In this document: piece by piece, positions 25,501 through 38,334 of the stretch
How positions within the stretch are numbered: position 1 is the first letter of the stretch
How the letters are laid out: every line of letters starts with the position of its first letter
Origin: Chrysomallon squamiferum
Lineage: Eukaryota > Animalia > Mollusca
Length of the DNA: 64,000 nt
Reading direction: 5' to 3'
NCBI GenBank assembly: GCA_012295275.1
Contig: CM022676.1
Location: 12,586,001-12,650,000 of the forward strand
The notes under the pieces: generated by a model
Seen by the model: the letters and a program-made list of their open reading frames with translations, nothing else
Database searches by the model: none
What the model was told of the DNA's origin: nothing
Translations under genes and position numbers: made by a program

Positions 25501-27319
25501 TCAAGTAATTACAAAAGGTTATCTGCTATTAAATTTAATTCAAACGAAAATTATTTTGTTAGTAGTAGTACCAGTGGTAAAATAAAATAAAATATGTACA
25601 AAAACGATGAAAATAAATACGTATGAAATATTTATATGTTCTACAATTTCTCAGAATAAATATATATAGCTTTATAGTTAAATCATTTAATTGAATTTTA
25701 TCATGTTTGTTAATATTGAATTTATTACCTTTTTATGTTTTATTCCAGTTACAGAGTATATATGTATTAGTGTATTACTGTTTATACAGCTCTGAGTGTA
25801 TCTCTATTCAAATGAGTATATTTATTTTCTTGTGTTACAGAATTTTATTCATTTTTAGTGGAAGCATCTTACATTTCATTCATTTCCATACAATATTTAT
25901 CACTCTTCTCTCTGCTGATTTTTAGTATAATCCAATCACACATCTGAAAGGTTTTCTTTCTTTCTATTAACAATAGAAATTGTCTTAACAAGCAGGCGGA
26001 AAATTATATATATATACAGTGATACCTTGACTTACGAGTTTAATTCGTTTCGTGATCGAGATTCAGTTGGGGCACTCGTAAGTCAATATATCTCTGCGCG
26101 CGCACACACACACACACACATATATACACAGACATTAATACATTTTACGGTTTTATAATAAAAAGATGAATTTGTTTGATATTTATTTTGTAATTACAAT
26201 TTTATAACAACATTATTGCTTGTATTTAATTATAAATCACCTTTCCATGATATACAATAAAAAAAATATATAATATCAATCATCATTAAGCATTGATAAT
26301 AGTTACTGAAGAATAAAATGTTACTATGGTATTTAATTACTATTAATAATACTAATAATAAAATAGTGTTTCTTTCGTTTACAGAAAAACAATTATAAGT
26401 GAAATATTAATATCATTTACATCTGTAGAACAGCAAAATGTTATTATATATGTTACTTATCAATTACATCTTTAGAAGACCAAAATGGTATTATACTTTA
26501 CAGTTGTTATTTATCTATTACAGCTTCAGAAGAACACAGTGGTTCTAGTTCTCTGCTTGGTGCAGCTGTAGGAGGAGCTGTTGGTTCTTTGACTGTCATT
26601 GTTGTCATAGTGATACTTGTTCTTTTGCTTAGAAGACGTGGACCATTTTCAAACAAATCTGGTATCTTGTTAAACAGTCTGCAAATTGTGATAAATGAAT
26701 CAATAATACTAATTGTCTTGTAGGTTATTTCTTTCTTGTGAACCTTCAATTATAATAATCTATACCTGAAGATTCTTACCTTTTAGCATAACGGTAAAAA
26801 AAAAAACACACAAAACGTACGATATAATCTTTCACAATATTACATAAAATTATGTTGTAGTGTTAATATTTGTAGTACTTGTAGTAACAGCAGTAGTAGT
26901 GGTTGTTGCTGTTTTTGTAACAGTTCAGTATTTTCCTGAACACAATTCTAAATGTGGTAATGTTTTGTCTATCAGTTTCTGATTTCTGTTATCTTTACAG
27001 TTATAGAACATCCAAGTCCAGTTACAGACCAAACATATGAAGGACTTCAACAAAACAGAGATACTACTGAATACTCAAGAATTGAGATGTACGAAAATCT
27101 GAGACAAACTGGTAAACATAAAAATATTGCTTAACCTATAATGAAATCAGTGTTATTTTAGAGAGATTACATTTTATTTAAACGTTTAAAATTATTTCAG
27201 GTGCTGTAAATAAAACTATAACAGCTGACCACACGTATCAAGGTCTGCAAGAAAGCAGAGAAGAACAACAATACACTAAACTGAACCTGTATGAAAATCT
27301 GAAGAAAAGTGACAAATGA
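22019..27319 (+). CDS. Gene D (5'-incomplete): type I IgSF receptor, Ig-Ig-FN3-TM-cytoplasmic tail with two ITAMs
   Basis: Exons: 22019-22315 (Ig), 24685-25326 (Ig + FN3), 26524-26661 (TM), 27001-27111 and 27201-27319 (stop TGA). All are phase-1 GT-AG and in frame. The ectodomain has many NxS/T sequons. Confidence 0.88.
23280..24230 (-). mobile_element. 3' remnant of an L2-group (Crack/Daphne-like) non-LTR retrotransposon in the gene D intron
   Basis: ORF fragments YGELGWYPLCISIKVKMITFW and CKFRTANAKLPIETGRW..RENRKCHICNLNKIGDEYYYIFEC match the characteristic C-terminal region of these LINE ORF2 proteins. Confidence 0.75.
24685..25326 (+). CDS. Gene D exon encoding an I-set-like Ig domain plus a fibronectin type III domain
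   Basis: APKII..VVAEIGNSVVL..FTWSK..FSLTISNFSLDDIGTYKLTVCNEVG (Ig), then GPPLPP..VFLSWLPNYPGG..FILQYK..NW..ITNLQPKQVYNIRLSAES (FN3); 642 nt, phase 1-1. Confidence 0.92.
25340..25517 (+). pseudogene. Truncated relic of a second FN3 exon
   Basis: NWIIAWHSELFDD*TQGQKIFVNISNLKDKTIYDVKISAENTRTQDNMSNYVIFQVITK(g|gt) aligns gap-free to the 3' half of the upstream FN3. It has an in-frame TAA and no 5' half or acceptor. Confidence 0.8.
26017..26090 (+). mobile_element. Short pogo/Tigger-like terminal remnant
   Basis: TA|CAGTGATACCTTGACTTACGAGT resembles pogo/Tigger-type TIR starts. Similar CAGTAGTACCTC starts occur at 522 and ~12159. No partner TIR found. Confidence 0.35.
26524..26661 (+). CDS. Gene D transmembrane exon
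   Basis: ASEEHSGSSSLLGAAVGGAVGSLTVIVVIVILVLLLRRRGPFSNKS: hydrophobic helix followed by an RRR stop-transfer motif. Confidence 0.9.
27001..27319 (+). CDS. Gene D cytoplasmic exons (27001-27111, 27201-27319), each with ITAM + YENL
   Basis: VIEHPSPVTDQTYEGLQQNRDTTEYSRIEMYENLRQT / GAVNKTITADHTYQGLQESREEQQYTKLNLYENLKKSDK*. Confidence 0.88.
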
Positions 27320-27935
27320 TATTATTATAATGAAAGTAACTTTACATTGCGTACGTTTTTAATCAACATAATAGCTACTGTATTCTATCTACTTACACTC
27401 ATACTTCACGTTTTCTTTGAAAGAAGCTAAATTCAACTGTTTAACTGTTATATAACACAATATAAAAACAATATTCACTAATGATAAGAAACACCAGGGG
27501 TGTCATATATTTTCTTGAAAACACATTTCTAAGGAATTGTTTTTCTAAATTGAAGATAAAGAGAGAATTCTAATATTATTATGAATAAAGGAATTGAAAA
27601 TGAAATGTATAAGAAAAATAAATTCATATGTTGACTATATCGTGCAGTCTGTCTTATTCCATACATTTTCACATGAATACATAAAATAACAGACTGATTT
27701 CATCTTTCATTTATTTATTTATTAAGTAAATCAGCGTTTGTTCTACTTCATAAATGTTGATTATATTTCTCGATATTTGCTTTCAAAATAAATATCATGT
27801 TAGATTTTAACTTATTTTTATTTTTACTTATCTCATGTTATATTTAATAAATTTGACTAAATGTTTTATAGAGTAGCATACATATTATGATCATTATTAT
27901 TAGAATAAACTGAAACAATAACATTTGTTGTAAAT

Positions 27936-27997
<62 letters not shown>

Positions 27998-28449
27998 AAA
28001 AAAAATAAAAAATACCGCAGCTGAATTTACTGAATGTCTTCATTGAATAATTTATACGGAAACAACATAAAAATGTGTTTGTGGTAAATATTTTAAATTC
28101 ATACAGGGAACATGTAGTACTAAATGATTCCTTCTTTATGATGGTTGCGAATTTCAGGAAGAAAGATATTACAGTTGAAACGCATTTAGTTCTGATTTTA
28201 GGAGCAATATTTTTATAAGAATTAAACATTAAATATCACTATGACTGTTAAATAGACACACATTGTTATGGTGGGTATTAGACAGACAAAGATGAAGCCA
28301 CATGTATATACAGACACAATACGAACAAGTACGCATACATGCAACATGTGGATTCCTTAGAAAATGGCTATGTTAGGAATATTAATCAAATAAAAATGCA
28401 TTCACATATAAATACGCACAATACAAAGAAGCACGCATACATACATACA

Positions 28450-28518
<69 letters not shown>

Positions 28519-29057
28519 TACAAACAAGCACGCATATATGCATGTATCTATACATGCAACATGTGGCCGGGAATTTTCATATTAATGGTGACAAGCAAAC
28601 CTCACATTTGAATAAAACTGCAGTAAGTAGTTACTCGAATTTTGTTGCGAACTTCTCATTCTGTCGAAACAAAATCACAGAAACAAATAATTTGTACACT
28701 ATATGTGAAAAGAAGCCAAGTGCATCTTAAAAATTTCTAAAAGAGTAAAACTTACAAAAACAAAATGTCCTCCAATAACTAAAAGTTTGTACTTTAATAA
28801 TACCAAACACTAGCATAATAAAAACACATTTAGTTTAAAAGATATTTCTTTATTCTTAAAAATCTATTGTTTGATTAATAATCATATTTTCATCAACAAA
28901 CTTTATTTACATTAGAAGGTAGCCTTGAGAAATGTAAAGCAGACAATTGAAAGTAGATTTCTTAAAAAATGAATATGTTCATGTTGATTACTTTTTTGTA
29001 TTTATTTATTTATTTATTTATTTTACTTTACTATTTTAAAATACATTTCTTAAATTT

Positions 29058-29152
<95 letters not shown>

Positions 29153-29608
29153 AATTTAAGAAATATATATATATATATAAAATTGTTGATGCAGTAATCT
29201 AAGTCAAGTTAATAAGTGAGTTGTCAAATTCTAGTGTAGTCATCAGACATACATTTTATGTTGAGTTAAAATGTGCTATATGTGAGGAAATGGATTAAAT
29301 TTAAATACATTTACTCTTGTGTGTAAGTTACAAGTGAATCATTTTAAGTATGTACATAATGCTTCATCAGGTTATATATTAAAAATTTAAACTGAAACTG
29401 ACATCAAACCCTAATCCTAGCAACCCTGGCCAAGACCTAAACCCTCTTTGTGGAAAAAAAAAAAAAAAAATCAAGAAAACTAAATTTGATTCAATTAATT
29501 ATTAATTAATATCCATCTTATTCTTTATTATGTTTTAGGAAATATTTGCATTTAAGTCTGTTCCTAACTTTGATAAGCAACGTCCTGGATTTACTGAATT
29601 AATTTGTT

Positions 29609-29651
<43 letters not shown>

Positions 29652-30330
29652 TTTGTTTATTTATTTATTTATTATTGTCATTGTTAATTTATTCTTATTA
29701 TTATTATTATTATTGTTATTGTTGTTGTTGTTGTTGTTGTTGTTGTTTTATTTTATTTTATTTTTTATTTAGTTTTTTATTCTAAAACACATTTTTAACA
29801 TTTAACATGTTGTATCTACACAATATTTCTAACCCAAGTCTTAGCCATACCCATAACTCTAAATATGTCACAAAATAAAGTCTAGGAAACAGAAAGGGAA
29901 ACTACTTCTACTACTACTCCCACTACTAGTATTACTACTACTAATAATAAATGCCTAACATAAAAAAAAAATTAAAAAATATGATTGCAACAACAATCTA
30001 TTTATTTTTTATTTATTAAGAAAGAAAAAAGATTATGTAGAGAACAAATTCATTTTAATTTGATATTTATTCCATATTGTGATCATATTTTAATTTTTAA
30101 TATATAAATGTAAAGCTTGAATAAGAAATAAAATAGAATTAAATTACATTTAAAAAGTTCAAAAAATACTGAATAACATTTCTAAACGAAGTAAATGAAA
30201 AGAAAAAGTGCAAATTATAATTCTTTTCTCATAAAAGCCAAAAATTGTAAAAACGTTAATGCTTAAAGTAACTTCATATTAATTTAGTATTATTGATATT
30301 ATTATTGTTACTAGTATTATTATTATCATG

Positions 30331-30374
<44 letters not shown>

Positions 30375-30511
30375 GATTATTATTATTATTATATGGAGGG
30401 GAGATTAAATATATTACTAGCACTGATAAAAATAATAAAATAAATAAAATAAAAGGAAAATAAATGCAAAATATATACATTTTGGTTCAGTTTCAAGAAA
30501 AAGGAAATTAA

Positions 30512-31170
30512 CGGTCTAAGGGGAATAACTCTAAAATATAATTTCGGAACCCTCACTTTGCTTGTACTTTGAATTAATTTTTAATTCACTCTTATTCCTT
30601 AATATTGGAATAAATGTAATTATTGAGTTCTTGTTTTCAGTATTTTTTAAGACGTATCTATGTTGTAATAGTATTAAGTTTTGTAACATAGTTAAAGAAA
30701 ACAAGTAATCTGAAAAATGATTTTAGAGTTGTTCCTCTTAGACCATAAAATTAATTTGTTTCACTAATAAAAATAAAATAAAGTATGAACGTAAACAATG
30801 AATATAAATTACTAATAAATATAATAAATGTATATACCTTCGTTTCTAAAAACTTACTTTAAAAATAAAGTTTTCATATAGTTTTACTTTTTTCATATTT
30901 TTAGTAATATTGTGTAAAATTTCCATTTCTGAATAGATCGCAATACTAAAATAGAGTTATTCCTCTTAGACCGTTAAGTTACTAATTTATGCTATTGAAA
31001 AACAGTCCTTCTTTGTTATTATTTAATTTATAATAATAAAAATAAAATGAAGCCTCATATTCCAACAATATTTTAAAATTGTTTTTAACAAATGTATTAT
31101 ATAAAAACATTTCATTAACTAAGTCTTTTGCGTCATTTTTAAATAGAGTTATTTCCCTTAGACCATAAAT
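30512..31170. repeat. Four copies of a ~24-bp motif TAGAGTTATTCCYCTTAGACCRT (one inverted, three direct)
   Basis: Inverted copy at ~30512-30533; direct copies at ~30724, ~30952 and ~31144. Confidence 0.7.
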
Positions 31171-31204
31171 TTGCTAAATTGGTCAACTTTTTTATTTATT
31201 TATT

Positions 31205-31247
<43 letters not shown>

Positions 31248-31362
31248 CGTAAATATTTCATTAACCGCCTACATTATTAACAATAATTTCATTTTCTTCA
31301 GTTGTTTAATGCAACATTCTTATTATCGTAACATGCACCGAGAAAAAAAAAAAAAAAAAACA

Positions 31363-31411
<49 letters not shown>

Positions 31412-31560
31412 ACAACAAATAATTCATATTACACATAATTTATTTATTTCTTTGTTTCTTTAATATACAGTTAAGTTATTCTGCTGAAATAAGTCTAAAA
31501 TTAGAACGTATTTTTATCTTTTTATTAGAAAACATTTTACAGAAATATCTACTTTATTTA

Positions 31561-31597
<37 letters not shown>

Positions 31598-31782
31598 CAT
31601 GTCCCTCATTGTAAGTGTAAACTGTCCGATTCAAATGTCAAATGTCAAAATTAGGTGTTTCCCCGGTCTGTGTCCATCCAGTCAGCCTCTCTGTGCGTGT
31701 CATAGCAACTAAGATTTTAATTTTTTCTTTTCTCATAAGGTAACTTGAAATTTTTAATTCATTATATATATATAGATAGATA

Positions 31783-31823
<41 letters not shown>

Positions 31824-31933
31824 TTGTTTTATTGTTTATTATAATTTTTCTTAATATGGGGCTATATATAATGTGTATCTGTCTCACTCGCTTACTCTTT
31901 TCCCCCACCGTGCTCTTTCTATTTCTTTTCCAA

Positions 31934-32058
<125 letters not shown>

Positions 32059-32210
32059 AGTTATCAATTTCTCGTTCCAGCCAAGGCTCTAGTGTGGTTT
32101 ATTAAATGATGTGGTATGTTGATCCTGTCTGTGAAAACCGCGTTGTTTTTAATCAAATAACTTATTTTAGTCGTCGCCACATTTCCTCTGTCAGTCTGAA
32201 ACTTAACAGC

Positions 32211-35200
32211 ACAAGATGACTGACAGAAACTGGTAAAATAAAACATTTCTTCTTTTTAACATGTGAACTGTCGTCTTCTGCTGTATCAGCCTAGGCGACA
32301 CTATTATTACTACTACCATAATAAATAAATAAATAAATAAATACATAAATAAACAAACAAAGAACAAGTGCATAAACAAAATACTAAATGAAGAATGAAA
32401 GAAAGAAATAAAAAAATAAGAAAAGAAAATGAAAAATGAAAAGAGTAAAATATTATAATAATATTATAAACACAAGAGTATAGTATAATAATAAACAAAT
32501 AAACAAACAAACAAACAAATAGGTGCATACGCATGTAAATAAATGAAGAAAGAAAGAAAGAGAAATACAAAATAAAAAGATGAAAGAAAATTAAAAAGTA
32601 GAAAGAGTAAAATAAATGTTCCTCTCTTTCTCAAATGATTTCGTGTTTCAGCCGCTTCGAAAAAACGGAAAACAATTGTAATTATAATTTTTGTTGTTGT
32701 TACAAACTGTTATACCATTCTTTTTTGTATTATCTTTGTTGTTTTTTTCCTTTGGTTTGTCTGAAATAACGTGATACCAAGACCCTGGTCTGTTTGTGTC
32801 ACGAATGCACTGATCGTTCTTTTAATCTTTATTTTTAACTCTTGCCATATCATTCGAAATGCGTCCTGTTCGATGCAGGGTTCTTTTATTTCTTTGTTAT
32901 TGAAGGAATAAAAAAACACATGAATATTTCTTTATGTCATATGCAACAATTCTGTTAAGTCATGTATTTTTGTCATTAATGGATTACACTCTAAACTCTA
33001 TTGACAAAAGTTTTTATTCATACTGAATTGCTTTATTTGAAGTAATTCTTATACAAAATACAGCAAATGCTGTATGATGGGCGTTTTCTCTTATTTTTCA
33101 CAATACTATTGAACTATAACGTGCAGCTTTTCTGCTAACATTTTCAAAAGCCTTCAGTTTGCAATTATACTCATGTCACAGTAAACTCATGGGAACATAC
33201 TTTAATAGTGGTGGGTAACACAGCTGGGGGGAGTTGCTGTATGTTGCATATAATCTCCACTAGCCTCCTAACATAATTTCCATTTATAATTTTATTTCAG
33301 TAATTAGTTTTGTTAACGTTTGGTATGCAAAAGTGCATATGATTTTTCAGTCTGTTAAAATAATAAGAATTAGTCTTTCTATCTGTCTGTCCATCTATCC
33401 TAAATACATATGAAGAAACTGACGCACATAAGCAAACACTCATACATATACAAATCCATGGATACACATTTTTAGATGCATATTTACATAGATATACGTA
33501 CACGTAATGTAATGAAGAAATGTAAATTAATTTCTATATTTGACTTATAGCTTCTAATATTTTCTAATTTCTTTCTAGATTTGCTTTAAGTTCTGAAAGT
33601 GAATAAGGTGTTACAGAAATGTGTATCAAACTCTAGTTAAGTTAAGATATTCTATATTTATGTAACGTTCTATGAATTTGTGAAGGAAAAAATAACACAT
33701 AATACAAATGCTGATGAACTTCTCACAAACTTAGATTACTAATACGTAATGGTTATAACAAATATGTACCGTCCAGCAGAGCTCACAACATTCAATCATG
33801 TTTTCTTAAAATTGAAATTGTATTTGTGTATTATGGTTACAAACTGCACGGTGGAAAATTCATTTTCCAAACTGCGCCGCATAAAAAAATACACAAAGAA
33901 CGACGAGTAAAAAACATTTAAATATACTGACGTTGATGAGCATCGAATACGAGTTGTTGAGAACGGTTGACGCTACTTCCATTATAAAATACTTTGCTCA
34001 TATAAAATCTGGAAGGCGCGATATATAACTTAATCTGAGCCTGGCATTTTCATTGGTTTTTAATACTGTTGGCATTATTTCTTTTGTGTTGACAATACAT
34101 CTGACTGATTGTTCAAACATTAAGGTGTGTTTTTGTTGTATGTAATAGTGGGCGTGGATTGAGAGGGAGCATTTACTTTTGTAACTAGTCGATAGTAGGG
34201 GCTTATGTTATGTTTTGCTACAGACCCCGCAGTTAGTTAATCCTGCTCTGCTGATAGCGCTGTAGTGTGAAAGTGGGAAGGGGCCAATTAAATTAACAAA
34301 GCTGAGGCAGCATTAGATTTAACAAGATCATCTCTGCTGAGTGAGCCCATTGTATTATCTCACGTAGCTGCTAGTGTTAAATGCTGGTTTTCTAACAAAC
34401 AAACAAATATATTAATTAATTAATTAAATTATACAAAATAAAAAATAAATTTAATTTATTAAACTTTTGCATTTAAATGAATCAAAATAGAAATGTCACA
34501 TTTAGTAGTAAATGTAGTCACTACTTAGACTGATCAGCACAAATGAAAAAACGGTTTTGTTTATTATCACAAAATTATGATGTGACTGAAGTTGAAAATT
34601 AAGCCCTTTTTAAATTTCATTTTTATGTGTAGTTTAGACTTATAATAAAAGCCAATATTAATGTTTTAGACAGATCAGTGAACATTTGTTTAGCATGTTA
34701 ACTGATGTTAATGCTCTGAATGCGATGATAACTACACAAACAACTAGAAAACAGAATACCTTAACACTATATATAAATATTTAAACAATTACTGAGATCA
34801 ATAGAATTAAAGGTTGTTAAGTCACCGGTGAGAAATCATCAACGTGATCAGTCTCTTCACATAGATGAATATCATTAATAATAATATACAACTAAAGATA
34901 AACTGAACAAATTTGTTATTTCAGAAGAGTGTAACAAACTGATAGTATGACTCAGTACCTATGAAGTAGCTCTCATGTTCAAAATGGTTTGTTATCCCTG
35001 ATTTAGAGCATAAGATGACTTACAGAAACTGGTAAAATAAAACATTTTTTCTTTTTGACATGTGAAATGTCTTCTTGCATTATTAACCAGAACAACAATA
35101 CTATTACTACTACTGTTACTACTACTACTACTACTACTATAAGAAAGAAAGAAAGAAAGAAAGAAAGAAAAGAAAAAATAATAAGGAAAACAAAATTGAA

Positions 35201-36000
35201 AAATGAAAATAATAAAATAATTTGTCCTCTCTTGCTTAACTAATCGGAAACGACGGATAACTGTTGTAATTATAATTTTCTTTGTTGTTACAAACTGTCA
35301 TGTCATTTTGTTATATCATCTTTTTTGTTTGTCTGGAAATAATGTTATACCAAGATCATGGTCTGTTTGTGTTATGAATGCATTGGTCGTTTTCTTTATT
35401 TTTTATTTTTTATTATTACCATACCATTCGAAATGCGTCTTATTCGATACAGGGAAGTTCTTTTATTTCTTTGTTTTTGAAGCAATAAAAAATATATAAA
35501 AATGGTTTTGTTATTGATTTAGGTGGATTTAGGGACACAAACATGTCTTTATGTTATACGCAACACTTCTGTTAAGTCATGTAGTTTCAACAGAGAGAGA
35601 TGCTATTGTAAAATATGACCCACAAAATTAGTTATAGTATTATTATTAATGGATTATACTCCACACTCTATTGACAAGTTTTTATTCATACTGAATTGCG
35701 TTATTTGAAGTAATTGTTATACAGAATACAGCAGTAATACTGTATGCTGGGCGTAGTCTCTTACTTTTCACTACTATTGAACCATATAACGTGCAGCAGT
35801 CAGTGCTTGAAGCTTTTCTGTCCAACATTTTAAAAAACCTTCAGTTTGCAATTATACTCATTTGACATTAAACTCACTGGAACACTTTAATACTGGTGGG
35901 GCGGTAACATAGGTGGAGGGGAGTTGCTGTATCTTCCATATGATCTCCACTAGCACCCAACATAATTTCCACTTTTAATTTTAATACACTAATTACTTTT
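32211..36000 (+). repeat. Old dispersed direct duplication: ~32211-33310 is similar to ~35011-36000
   Basis: Shared blocks in the same order: aagatgact..cagaaactggtaaaataaaacattt; ataccaaga..tggtctgtttgtgt; ctctattgaca..ttttattcatactgaattgc; ctccactagc..aacataatttcca. Confidence 0.8.
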
Positions 36001-36026
36001 GTTAACCGTTCGTCTGCACAACTGCA

Positions 36027-36059
<33 letters not shown>

Positions 36060-36432
36060 GTCTGTCTATACATACTTATGAAGAAACCAATGCACACGCA
36101 AACATAAACAAACACACATATGCATGTATGCACACATATACAAACATACACGTACATGCGTATAAATGCACATGTATTTAGATATATTATATATGCATAT
36201 AAAAAATACATAGAAATACACGCGCACACAGAAACACACCACCACGATTTAAATGTCAGCCCCTCCTATCAGAAATGATGGAACTGCCGCTGTTAGAGAC
36301 TCGTACAAGGAAAATTATTGTAATGTTGTTCCTGGTTATACAATCACCGAGGCTGTTACAGTGAATATGACAAAGCAGTAATTGTCAGCGTTTTATTTTT
36401 AGTTCAGTTTTTACTTCCTTTTTCTTTTTGTA

Positions 36433-36519
<87 letters not shown>

Positions 36520-36939
36520 ACACACACACACACAATTAACTGTTCTTTAAAACATAAACATAAACAGCTGCACTGATGTCTGTATTTTTCATCTGTGACA
36601 ACCTTCATGAAATCAATAGCATGCACTTTGTGTAGAAAGCTGTGATGAATACGTACACTCAGCCTGAAACTCGTATGTCAGTGTGACTCGTTGTTACCTG
36701 GACAAACTCAAACATTCATGAAAAATGTAACACTCCTTTCTTTCAGTTGTGATCTTGACTGAATGCATGAACAACACACAAAGGAGAAACAGGGATCTGG
36801 AGTTAACAGAATAAAATGTAGCAACACCGAGTTGAAAAAAACAACAAAAAAACATCTAAACAAATTTAACTCGTTTTTAAATGAAACTGATACTACTTCA
36901 TTATTAACTTCTATTGACAAAATTCACATAAATTGAAAA

Positions 36940-36970
<31 letters not shown>

Positions 36971-38298
36971 AGTAAAAATACATTTATGTTTCATAATACA
37001 AATAAAGCCAGATTGTGATCAATAAAGTGACTCATTAATCCCCTAATTTCCATGGCAACAAATACTGAATGAAACTGAGGACAGCTGTTAACATAGCTGT
37101 CATGTTACAGAGAGCAGTGAGTAATAATACTGCTTGTCAGACTGCGTACAGGAAAAAACATTGTGAAATATGAAACTCAGAGAAAAAAATCAGCAGAAAA
37201 ACCTTCACTAGAGTTGAAAAGAAGTTACATAATAGAAACATTAAACTGTTAGCTAGTTATTTTTTGTCAACTGAAGACTGTACCTGATTTTACAGGCTCA
37301 AATAAAATTAACTGTTCTTAACACACGCACACACACACACACACACACACCTTTTTAATAAGAAAAGAAAAAAGATATATATCTTTAACAAAATTTATTG
37401 TGAAAACAGGTTTACATATGTAAGTACTGTAGCAGTCATTTAACTAATAACCAAATCACAGGTATAATAGGACTATAAAGATATAATATGGCACATATTT
37501 TAACAACAGAGACAGTGGAATCGGGAAATGAACCCAATTCTTACTTTAAAGTTCACGTTTGCTTTTATGTATTCATAAAATACTTTAATAAATTCTGAAA
37601 TTAAAATATTGTACAACATATACAAACAATTTTTGTAAATACATTCGCATTATGTAAATAAATACCATTACATAATATATGTGTTTCCATGGTCTCTGTT
37701 AGAATATTATACATATAAACAATTCTAAAAAATGTAATAAATACTGTTATAGTAAAAATGAATTGAATCATCATGAATCAGTTTTATATTTGAAAGAAAT
37801 AATAAATTTAAAACTGATGTGAAACCTATTTTAAAAGAGAATTAGATACAAAAACTGCCTCAATTTAATATTTATATAAAATAGAACAATATAAAATGAA
37901 ATTACAGATTTTAGATTATGACTGGTAATGAATTTAAAAAATTTCAAAAGAAATGAGGTTTGTAAGAAAAATAAATGAAACAAAATGTAATTTATATTTA
38001 ACATTTAATATTTAACATGATTTCAGTGTAAACGTTTGTATGTAAATTTCAAAAATATAAAAATAGTAATACACATATAATCTTCATATCCAGTATAAAA
38101 AAAAAATGAAAATCTAAATTATATAAATTATTATAACATGTAAACAGAAAAACCCCAAATAATAAGTAAAAAAAGAAAAATTATAATAACCAACAAAAAA
38201 CAGGAACCACAACAAAAACATCACTAACTATTTTAGTGAAAACAATAGACACAATGTCAGTAAAAACTTTAAAAACAACATTTAAAAAGAAATATTAT

Positions 38299-38334
<36 letters not shown>

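Noticed and set aside
7163-26749. Track ORFs 7163-7369, 11484-11687, 18813-19019, 22066-22278, 25096-25341 and 26507-26749
   Set aside because: They are wrong-frame or antisense shadows of the real Ig, FN3 and TM exons.
27040-27310. Inhibitory ITIM reading of the YENL motifs
   Set aside because: The residues at Y-2 are E and N, not S/I/V/L, so they do not fit the ITIM consensus. The paired tyrosines fit ITAMs better.
29395-29450. Telomere-like CCCTAA variants
   Set aside because: Only a few degenerate units; not an interstitial telomeric array.
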